Assembly (NCBI GenBank): GCA_902529935.1
Contig: CABZYK010000003.1
Location: 64,787 to 128,786 of the forward strand
Reading direction: 5' to 3'
Source: an uncultured SAR86 cluster bacterium
Lineage (GTDB): Bacteria > Pseudomonadota > Gammaproteobacteria > Magnimaribacterales > AG-339-G14
DNA length: 64,000 bases
Position 1 is the first letter of the stretch. Every line of letters begins with the position of its first letter. Below the pieces are notes generated by a model, which worked only from the letters and a program-made list of their open reading frames with translations, did no database searches and was not told where the DNA came from. Below are positions 37,573-45,456 of the stretch, piece by piece. The translations under genes were made by a program, and so were the position numbers.

Positions 37573-37587
37573 CGACTGATTATGTCG
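37573..37587. promoter_or_regulatory. Operator-like site 1: CGACT-GATTA-TGTCG (one arm mismatch)
   Basis: It shares the 14-mer GATTATGTCGTTAA with site 2 at 54108-54121. On the minus strand the spacer reads CATAAT (-10-like). Confidence 0.6.
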
Positions 37588-37610
37588 TTAACAGAATTTA
37601 GGATGTACAG

Positions 37611-37736
37611 ATGATTGCTGAGAGAATGAACAAATACAAGCAGCTAGCCTTTAACTGTATTCTAGGTTGGCTGATCAACGACATCTGGTCATTTATTGAA
37701 AGAGAGGATTTCCCTGAGGAATTAAAAAAAATCTGA
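37611..37736 (+). CDS. 41-aa ORF that is probably the 5' part of the downstream gene (separated by a +1 frame change at an A8 tract)
   Basis: AGGA lies 7 nt upstream of the ATG. The ORF ends just after AAAAAAAA (37724-37731). The +1 frame is open from 37726 into the 37795 ORF. Confidence 0.4.
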   Translation: MIAERMNKYKQLAFNCILGWLINDIWSFIEREDFPEELKKI

Positions 37737-37794
37737 ACAGCAATTCAGGAACCGTCTCGAAGAAATTCAGTCTCTAGCAAAGACACTTAAAAAA

Positions 37795-38556
37795 TTGAGA
37801 CAACTTAATTTTGAATCACTTCTCTACTCAAATCTGCTCGATGAAGATACGGCTATTACCATAAAAAAAGCCGATCAATTAGCAAACATAGATATCAAGC
37901 ATTTAGAAATCGCACAAATTAAAGAATGTTATGAAAACGATATCATCCTTGAAGAAGAAAAATGGTTGGATCGAGTTAAGCCCTTCATTTCTGAGCAAAG
38001 TCCGAGATATATCGAAAATATGTTTAATACGAGAATAAACAGTTGGTATAAAAAACACATCAATTTGCTGACCTTTATGGACGAAGCTCCCCAAAGTCAA
38101 TTATGGTCTGCGTTCAGTGAAATAGTCGTTGCTGGCCATCTCATTCAAGATTTAATCGATGACCAACTAAAAGAGCTCAGTTACTTTAAATACCTTGGCG
38201 ATCAACTAGCTAAAGATGGTTTTGATCTCAAGTCTCAGAAAACCAAAAACTACCTAGAGTTTGAATTCAACTCCACAACTGATCACTTGCGCTCCATCAA
38301 AGATTTTTTTTCTTACTTAGAAAAAGATTACACCAAAATATCATTCGAAGAATTTATGGAGCGATTTAACGGTTTAGAGAAATTACTCCGAAGATGGCAG
38401 GCTGTAGGGATTGTGTCTGCACAAAAAGCTCTTGAACTTGTTAATCAAGAACCTTATCCAAAAATAGATTTTTTTGATTTAGATCAATCTTTTATCGATG
38501 AAGTTAAAGAGCCCAAAAAATGGTACGTTGATGTCAATCAAAGCGTTCTTGTCTGA
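37795..38556 (+). CDS. Hypothetical 253-aa protein (listed start is TTG; probably the 3' part of a frameshifted or slippage-dependent gene)
   Basis: There is no ATG or SD near 37795. The frame is open upstream to 37726. See the related finding. Confidence 0.5.
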   Translation: MRQLNFESLLYSNLLDEDTAITIKKADQLANIDIKHLEIAQIKECYENDIILEEEKWLDRVKPFISEQSPRYIENMFNTRINSWYKKHINLLTFMDEAPQSQLWSAFSEIVVAGHLIQDLIDDQLKELSYFKYLGDQLAKDGFDLKSQKTKNYLEFEFNSTTDHLRSIKDFFSYLEKDYTKISFEEFMERFNGLEKLLRRWQAVGIVSAQKALELVNQEPYPKIDFFDLDQSFIDEVKEPKKWYVDVNQSVLV

Positions 38557-38558
38557 TA

Positions 38559-38945
38559 TCAGTTCCAGCGATAGCTAGCTAGATCTTCCTTAATTTCAAG
38601 CAGCTTTGCCAAATCGGAATTTTTACCGCCTTCTTCTAGGTGCATATCAAAATCAAAATAAACCTCGTCGTTTATTTTTACGAAGACGAGGTCGGTTTCA
38701 ATGCCCTCCAAATTCCAAGTTACTTCAAAAAAACCTTCCGGAAGTTCTTTTGAACTCTCCAAGGATGCAGATTCAAAGAGAAGACCGATAATATCGAGCT
38801 CTTCAGTCATCTTTATCATTGACCGAGAATACATTCTTGGAAAGTTGTAACGAAAAAAACTTCGGATATCGTATCTATGCACATAAAAAAGGTACATAAC
38901 GCCGAGGATAATGATTTGAATGCCGTAAAATTCGTGATCTGTCAT
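38559..38945 (-). CDS. Hypothetical 128-aa protein with one N-terminal TM helix
   Basis: IQIIILGVMYLFYV helix. A 4-nt overlap with the upstream gene. Confidence 0.5.
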   Translation of the reverse strand: MTDHEFYGIQIIILGVMYLFYVHRYDIRSFFRYNFPRMYSRSMIKMTEELDIIGLLFESASLESSKELPEGFFEVTWNLEGIETDLVFVKINDEVYFDFDMHLEEGGKNSDLAKLLEIKEDLASYRWN

Positions 38946-39181
38946 AAGCTTTTTAATATTTTTAATTCTTTTCTTTTAGAGAAATGATTACGGATGCAGT
39001 ATTTACGCGTCACTGAAGCGACCGTCAAAATCATGGTTTGAAAGATCGATAAAGTGAAAGCATTTTCAACTCCCATGCTCATCAGCACTAAAAGAGAGAT
39101 ATAAGATAAGCCCCAGGCGATAGGCAGTGCAAGAGCAGTGTCAGCTAGGGATTCTCTTAATGCAGGTTTATTTATTCTCAT
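38942..39181 (-). CDS. Small membrane protein (79 aa, 2 TM)
   Basis: Two hydrophobic helices and a basic C-terminus. Operon member. Confidence 0.5.
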   Translation of the reverse strand: MRINKPALRESLADTALALPIAWGLSYISLLVLMSMGVENAFTLSIFQTMILTVASVTRKYCIRNHFSKRKELKILKSL

Positions 39182-39185
39182 ATTT

Positions 39186-39437
39186 TTAATGTAGTGATTT
39201 GCTCCTAGCCAAATGTTTCTTAGCCGCCTTATCGTTGAGTATTTCCATCTCAGCAGCCCAGCAAGTTAATATATATCTGGCAGCATTTATGGGGTTCTCA
39301 GCTAGATCGTAGTTTAATTCAATACAATGATGCGTTAGTGCTGAGCAGTAGTGACCCTCATCAAAATCTTCTCTTTTAGAAAATTCCATAAAGACTTTCT
39401 CTAAAGCATCGTATAAGTCAATTTCCAATTTATTCAT
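39186..39437 (-). CDS. Hypothetical 83-aa soluble protein, first gene of a 3-gene operon
   Basis: The ATG at 39437 is preferred over the TTG at 39443. Operator-like site 3 is centred ~31 nt upstream. Confidence 0.5.
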   Translation of the reverse strand: MNKLEIDLYDALEKVFMEFSKREDFDEGHYCSALTHHCIELNYDLAENPINAARYILTCWAAEMEILNDKAAKKHLARSKSLH

Positions 39438-39460
39438 GCTCAAATAATAGGACTTATGAA

Positions 39461-39475
39461 CGACAAAATATGTCG
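39461..39475. promoter_or_regulatory. Operator-like site 3: CGACA-AAATA-TGTCG (perfect arms) in a divergent intergenic region
   Basis: It lies between the minus-strand 83-aa gene and the plus-strand nuclease gene. Like sites 1 and 2, it is preceded by TTATG. Confidence 0.6.
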
Positions 39476-39536
39476 CATTTATTTTTTAAATAAATCTTAA
39501 AGGGTTTTTTTGATAATATTAGTTGTGGAGTAATAG

Positions 39537-40346
39537 ATGGCGAGGCATAGAGGAGTATACGATCCAAATAATCCTGAACCTTATGAATTGAGTCGTTCAC
39601 GTATAGAAGCTTTCATTAATTGTCCTGCTTGCTTTTGGATGGATAGGGTTAAAGGCATAAAGTTTCCAGGAATGCCTGGTTTCTTGCTCAATACTGCTAC
39701 CGATACCCTCTTAAAAAAGGATTTTGATAAATATAGAGCCTTAAAAAAACCGCATCCACTGATGGAATCATACGGTTTGGGGCATCTAGTTCCTTTTGCT
39801 CACGAAGATTTTGAAACTTGGACAAAATCACTTCAATTGGGCTTGAGAACATATTTCAAAGAAGAGAATCTATTGATTGGGGGAGGTTTAGACGATGTCT
39901 GGCATGATAGATTCAAAGACGAAATATTTATTGTTGATTATAAGAGTACTGCAGGACGAAGAAATGCAGATAAAACCGCATTGGAACCAATCAGTTTAAA
40001 CGGTGCCTATAAAGAAAGTTATAAAAGACAGATGGATGTTTATCAATGGATCATGCGAAAAAACGGTTTCAAAGTAAGTAATAAAGGCTATTTTCTTTAT
40101 GTCAACGGAGATCAACATTTTGAAGACGGCATGTTAGATGATGATCCTATGAAAGCGACCATGAAATTTGACGTCCAGTTACTAGAATACAACGGAGATG
40201 ATTCTTGGGTAGAAGATACTATAAAAGAAATATCGAAGTGTTTAAAAAGCTCAGAATGTCCTGATCACTCTATGAACGGCTTTGGTCCGAAGGGCGATCA
40301 GCCCTGTGAGTACCTGATCTTTTTAGACGGAGTCAAGAAAATCTAA
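39537..40346 (+). CDS. PD-(D/E)XK nuclease, Cas4 / RecB-family type with a probable 4-Cys Fe-S cluster
   Basis: GGAG lies upstream of the ATG. N-terminal CPACFW, GGLDDVW (Asp), IVDYKS (D/E-x-K), QMDVYQW (Q..Y), and C-terminal C..CPDH...C. Confidence 0.75.
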   Translation: MARHRGVYDPNNPEPYELSRSRIEAFINCPACFWMDRVKGIKFPGMPGFLLNTATDTLLKKDFDKYRALKKPHPLMESYGLGHLVPFAHEDFETWTKSLQLGLRTYFKEENLLIGGGLDDVWHDRFKDEIFIVDYKSTAGRRNADKTALEPISLNGAYKESYKRQMDVYQWIMRKNGFKVSNKGYFLYVNGDQHFEDGMLDDDPMKATMKFDVQLLEYNGDDSWVEDTIKEISKCLKSSECPDHSMNGFGPKGDQPCEYLIFLDGVKKI

Positions 40347-40476
40347 TGAGGTTCAATCTAGGGCCCTCAGAAAATAGAACACTTCATAAAAATATCACAT
40401 AGGAATTAGATACCTATATTTCTCTATAATTTAAATAAATTGGAAATAATGAAAGAATTTGATAAAAAATAATCAT

Positions 40477-43400
40477 ATGAGTTGGTTTTTAGAAAGAGAT
40501 AGAGCCGATTTTCTTGAAAAGGAAGTTAAATCGTCTATAGATAGAAAAAAACAGGAAGTGAATAGGAATATCACTTATAAAGATCATGTAAATATCCTCA
40601 CTGAATTTATGGATCAAGGGTATATTCACGAAAATTTTTTAATAAATGTAATATGGTTTTTTCATAGATGTAGATTAGATCAATCGTATTCAAACATTTT
40701 AGAATCATTCATTGAGAATTTTCAAAAGGCAGTTGAGTTACAAAAGGCAATTGAAACTGAAGCGCCTTCTTCAGGTAGTGGAGATTTTTTAGCATACACC
40801 AATACGCTTATTAACATCTTTACTTTAGAATTCCAGCAAAATCGATTGGACACTCCCTCTATAGCTTCCTGCCTCTCGGCTGAAGAAAAAGATAGGATAA
40901 ATAAAAAAATTACAGATTTTGAAGAAATATCTTTTCTGAACGAAAAAGCAGGATACTTAGATAAGACTAAGCAGATGAAAATTTTAGAAAAATTCTCGAA
41001 AAGTTCACATTTTGAGAAAGTATCGTATCAACTTGACTTTTTAATGGACATTGCGACCGGCTCAGGAGATGAATCAACTATTGCTGAAGCTCCTCTAAAC
41101 TACTTACTAGAAGAAAATGATGTAATTTCAGATGATTATGGAATATTTGGTTTAGTTGATGATGTTTATGCGATATCAGAGAGTTATTACAAATTAAGAA
41201 ATAGGAATGATCTAGGTCGACTCGTACAAAGCTTTAATCATGAACATGAAAATTTTTATATTCCCAATCTTCAGGATGAGAATAAACCTATATCTTTAGT
41301 TAATGTTGAAGATATAGTAAAAGCCGCGCTGGCAAAGGAAAATGAAGATTATTTTAAGCGGCTCCTTGTTCTCTCAGACATCGGACCTCTACCTATCTTC
41401 ATTGCTTTGGGAAAAGCAATAATTGAGAGACAAAAGCACTCTCACTTTGGTCAAGATGACGTGAAATTTGATTCTGGTGAAAATTTGGTCTTCTTTAATG
41501 AAAAGAATGATACAAGAATCGTAGCAACTTATGCGGGTAAGCGTGGCCAGGATTTTGATCAAAATTTATTATCAGATAACAAAGATGATGAGGTTTTAAA
41601 CGATATGTATGCATTATGGGTTGATAAGGAAAAAAGCTCCATACAGTATGTAACAGAAGCCTTCATAAAAACTGCAAAGCCTACTTCTAGACGTATTTCA
41701 ACAAAAAAAAATATATATAAATTCTTTAATTCTCTTGAGGAAAAACCTCTCAATCATTGGGCAAGGTATAACTTTCCTGAAGGCATTACATCAATTAGAC
41801 ATGAGAAAAAATTATTTATCCTTGGCCAAAAAAATAAAATTTTAGATTTCCTTGATTTAAATTTATTCAACAAATCAATCAAATCATGGTTAGGGCTAAG
41901 AGAATTTACTAAAGATGGGAAATGTATAAATCATGAACAACAAGCAAATCAATTATTTCCTGACCCCTATATATATCTTTTTGCTGACTCTGGAGCATTT
42001 ACCGATGCTCTTGAAAATCAATGGCATGAAACTTGCAGTGAAACTGAAAGATCAGAACCAGAATTAATAATTACATGTGAAGACAATTATTTAAGAGACG
42101 AATATCTTTTAGATACTTTAAAAAGATGTGAGGCTGATGTATTGGTTCTATCATCATTTATTAATAACTATGAAATAAATAAGACAGCTGCTAATGGTTT
42201 TGATCAGATACCAGTTAAGCCAAATGATTACCTATCAGACTTGAATATTAGTGGAATTGATCCTGTAAGTAGGTTTTTTAGTAGATCAAAAGATTTTAAA
42301 ATCTCTATTGAGAATACAAAAAATAATTTTATTGAAAACTTTTATTCTATTAGAAATCTTCTAAAAGATTTATTGTTGGAAGAGAGGCACAAATTTATCA
42401 AGCGTTGTCTTTATAGGATTATTGAAAATCTACAAAATAGAATACTGCCACTAAATGAAGAAGAAAAAGTAAATTTCCAAGAGAATTTTGAAATTCTATT
42501 AAATGAACTTCACGAAATAAGTGCTAATAATTCAAAAGTCAAAAGAGCAATAAATCTTTTGGCTGACTTAAAGCAAGATGCAGAAGATTTTCATAAATTT
42601 GAAGAAATTAAAGATTTTTGCATTAAAAACAATGAACTTAAGACAGTAATCCTTTGTCACAAAAGACAAAAAGAAAGGCTAAATTTTTTAATTTCTGAGG
42701 AAGGATTAAATGCCACGGCTGAGACCTTTACGAATCTTGAGAAGATAGAAATTGTAGGAAAAATCTTAGTTGCAATAGCTCAAAAAAGGGAAATTTCACA
42801 AAAACTAAAGATGTATCGTTATGCTCAGGAGATTTGTTTTCTTTTAAATGATGAAGAGCGAAAGAGTCACCTTAATACGCTCAAAAGGCTTGAAAAATAT
42901 TTTAATAATTATTTTCCTTCATCTGAGGTTAAAGAAGAAATAATAGAGGAAGTTGAGGATTTCAGTTCAAGTTTCACTGAAGAATCAATCGACTTTACCT
43001 ATACCGCTGCTAAATCAAAGTTCTCAGGAGAAGCTGATTCAAGTGTGGAAGCAAAAATGCTGCTTTTGGATGACGAACAGATTTATTTTTCCAGAAATAG
43101 AAGAGATGTCCTTTTCATATCCAGAAGAAGGGGGGATTCGATAGAATATGGCAAAACTGAAGATTTACTATCGGGAGATAAAATTGTGATCTCGGAAGAA
43201 TTCAGTGGCAATGAAATTTTACATCTTTTAATGAATAAAGAAGAAAAATTGAAATATCCTGAATTAGAAGGGCAAGCTCAAATTTGGCAGGATAAGTTAA
43301 AAGAGTATAAAAATGAAAATCATATGGACATATATCAATTAACTGCAGCTTTAAAGGACAATGGAGTTGATAGACATTTCGCTACGGTAAGAAATTGGCT

Positions 43401-43716
43401 AAGTGACCCAGAAACAATTTCGCCTAGGTCTTTTTTTGATCTTCAACAAATTTTTAAACTAGTTGGGGAAAAAGATTCTAAAGTTTTTTATGATTGTAAA
43501 AATAAAGGAAAAGAAGTTTATAGACTGAGAAATGAATGTAAAAAAAGGCTTTTAGAAAAGCTTCAAGATGTTCGGTTTGATGTTGATCAAGATGAAATCT
43601 CATTGATTATTAATGAAAAGCAGATTTCCTTTGGTGTTTATGAGATTAATGCTACTAAAGATATAGTTGTGGAATCATCTCATTTACACAAAATACAAAA
43701 TCTAGATCAGTTCTAA
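40477..43716 (+). CDS. Orphan 1080-aa protein (a DrmE-like role is possible by context only)
   Basis: The ATG at 40477 is preferred over the TTG at 40459. No NTPase or nuclease motif recognised. The segment YLLEENDVISDDYGIFGLVDDVYAI resembles the DUF1232 motif. The stop overlaps the next start (TAATG). Confidence 0.7.
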   Translation: MSWFLERDRADFLEKEVKSSIDRKKQEVNRNITYKDHVNILTEFMDQGYIHENFLINVIWFFHRCRLDQSYSNILESFIENFQKAVELQKAIETEAPSSGSGDFLAYTNTLINIFTLEFQQNRLDTPSIASCLSAEEKDRINKKITDFEEISFLNEKAGYLDKTKQMKILEKFSKSSHFEKVSYQLDFLMDIATGSGDESTIAEAPLNYLLEENDVISDDYGIFGLVDDVYAISESYYKLRNRNDLGRLVQSFNHEHENFYIPNLQDENKPISLVNVEDIVKAALAKENEDYFKRLLVLSDIGPLPIFIALGKAIIERQKHSHFGQDDVKFDSGENLVFFNEKNDTRIVATYAGKRGQDFDQNLLSDNKDDEVLNDMYALWVDKEKSSIQYVTEAFIKTAKPTSRRISTKKNIYKFFNSLEEKPLNHWARYNFPEGITSIRHEKKLFILGQKNKILDFLDLNLFNKSIKSWLGLREFTKDGKCINHEQQANQLFPDPYIYLFADSGAFTDALENQWHETCSETERSEPELIITCEDNYLRDEYLLDTLKRCEADVLVLSSFINNYEINKTAANGFDQIPVKPNDYLSDLNISGIDPVSRFFSRSKDFKISIENTKNNFIENFYSIRNLLKDLLLEERHKFIKRCLYRIIENLQNRILPLNEEEKVNFQENFEILLNELHEISANNSKVKRAINLLADLKQDAEDFHKFEEIKDFCIKNNELKTVILCHKRQKERLNFLISEEGLNATAETFTNLEKIEIVGKILVAIAQKREISQKLKMYRYAQEICFLLNDEERKSHLNTLKRLEKYFNNYFPSSEVKEEIIEEVEDFSSSFTEESIDFTYTAAKSKFSGEADSSVEAKMLLLDDEQIYFSRNRRDVLFISRRRGDSIEYGKTEDLLSGDKIVISEEFSGNEILHLLMNKEEKLKYPELEGQAQIWQDKLKEYKNENHMDIYQLTAALKDNGVDRHFATVRNWLSDPETISPRSFFDLQQIFKLVGEKDSKVFYDCKNKGKEVYRLRNECKKRLLEKLQDVRFDVDQDEISLIINEKQISFGVYEINATKDIVVESSHLHKIQNLDQF

Positions 43717-45440
43717 TGTTAACGCTCATTCCTCAATATCAACCTAAAAAAGATAACAAAGGAAAAATGATTCCTAAAGCAGAAGTGAGCTTTTTTGAAA
43801 CAATAAAAAAACAAAAGGATCAATTAAATGAGTGGATGGTTTTTTGGAATATTCATATTGATGAGCATCTTTCAAAGCAAGATGGTCAAGTTGATTTTAT
43901 TTTTCTTGGGAAAAAAGGGCTGTTCGTTGTCGAGGCTAAAGGTGGAGATAGTTACGTTGTAAAAGGAAATAAACATTATTATTTTTACAAATCCCAAGGA
44001 ATGAATTCTGATTATGCGCAAAATGAATCCGCCTTAACTCAGGCAGAAGGAAATATGCGTTCTATCGAGAATTATATAAGAAACAAAATACCCACAACTA
44101 AGGTCAATATTAAGAAACGAGTTATTGGATTTGGAGCTGTTCTTCCATTTATCGATACCACTAATATTGATTCAGGAATTCAATTTAACAGTGGACAAAT
44201 TTATGGGTCTCAATCAACAAGCATCTCAGATTTTCTTGATTTTTTAATAAAGCATAGCAAGGCAAAACTGCAAGGAGAAAGAGAGCAATTTTCGGACTCT
44301 GAGTTAAACGTAATTAGAAACCATCTTCAAATTGAAATGAAATGCGTCAGTAAATTTTATCTTTCTCAATCTGAACATAATGAAATTATGATGCTAGAAA
44401 GCAATCAACAAACTCTGGCAAGCTATTTTTTATCTAAATCTCACTCAAGATTTTTAATTGAAGGCGGGGCAGGAACTGGAAAAACAGTTTTAGCAAAGTA
44501 TTTTGCACACAGCTTAATTAATGATAACAAAAAAGTTTTATGGATTTCCTTCAATAAGTTGTTTACTGAGCATATAAAAGAATATTTTGGCGATATTGGC
44601 AAAATTGAAATTATTTCAGCTACAAAATTTAAAATGAACATAATTAAACAAAATACTGGACAAATAGTCACGACCGGTGTTGAAGACAATGATTTTGATA
44701 AAAAATTTCTTGAAGCTGCAAGTATGGATAAAGACTCTTTAGATTATGACTTCATTATTATGGATGAAGCACAAGATATCCTCAGTGGTGATTTTTTTTG
44801 GGGGATGGACGAATTAATAAAGGGAGGATTTGATGAATCATCATGGGCAATTTTCTTAGACTCTGAATCGCAAGCACATGTATTCAACCGCCTAGATCGC
44901 GATGCTTTGCAGCATTGCAAGCAAAAATCTGATTTTGAAGAATCACTTATTGAGAACTATAGAAATCCTAGAAAAATTGTAAAAAATTTATATGAATATT
45001 TGGGAAAAGAACCACCTGAAGCTAAAAGAGAATTTGAAGGAGAGATTATAGAAAAAAAAGTACAAGAATCTTTGGAAAAAACCCTTTTGAATATAGTAAA
45101 AAAAGAGGACAAACCAGTTGTTCTATCTACAGTAGCGGAAATTAAATTTTTTGGAGATAAGTTTGATAATAAGAAATTTTTTGAGTTAAGCAATGAAAAA
45201 TATTTTCTACAATCTCTCGGAAATGAAAAAATAAGCCAAACAGTTTTAAGAAATTACGATACAAGAAAAGCTAAACCCATAGAAGCAACAAACATTCATA
45301 CCTTTAAGGGACTAGAAAGTGAAGTGATTATTCTCGTGATTGATAAAGAAGAACTCGAAGAGAAAAGAGAAGAGTTCTCTTATCGATACTATACTGGATT
45401 ATCCAGAACATTGGGAAAAGCATATTTAGTATTAACTTAA
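43716..45440 (+). CDS. NERD-domain nuclease-like + SF1 (UvrD-like) helicase fusion
   Basis: N-terminal NERD pattern (QVDFIFLGKKGLFVVEAKGG), Walker A GGAGTGKT, Walker B IIMDEAQD, NYRNP, and C-terminal IHTFKGLESEVIILV. Confidence 0.8.
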   Translation: MLTLIPQYQPKKDNKGKMIPKAEVSFFETIKKQKDQLNEWMVFWNIHIDEHLSKQDGQVDFIFLGKKGLFVVEAKGGDSYVVKGNKHYYFYKSQGMNSDYAQNESALTQAEGNMRSIENYIRNKIPTTKVNIKKRVIGFGAVLPFIDTTNIDSGIQFNSGQIYGSQSTSISDFLDFLIKHSKAKLQGEREQFSDSELNVIRNHLQIEMKCVSKFYLSQSEHNEIMMLESNQQTLASYFLSKSHSRFLIEGGAGTGKTVLAKYFAHSLINDNKKVLWISFNKLFTEHIKEYFGDIGKIEIISATKFKMNIIKQNTGQIVTTGVEDNDFDKKFLEAASMDKDSLDYDFIIMDEAQDILSGDFFWGMDELIKGGFDESSWAIFLDSESQAHVFNRLDRDALQHCKQKSDFEESLIENYRNPRKIVKNLYEYLGKEPPEAKREFEGEIIEKKVQESLEKTLLNIVKKEDKPVVLSTVAEIKFFGDKFDNKKFFELSNEKYFLQSLGNEKISQTVLRNYDTRKAKPIEATNIHTFKGLESEVIILVIDKEELEEKREEFSYRYYTGLSRTLGKAYLVLT

Positions 45441-45456
45441 GCTTAATATTAAATGC

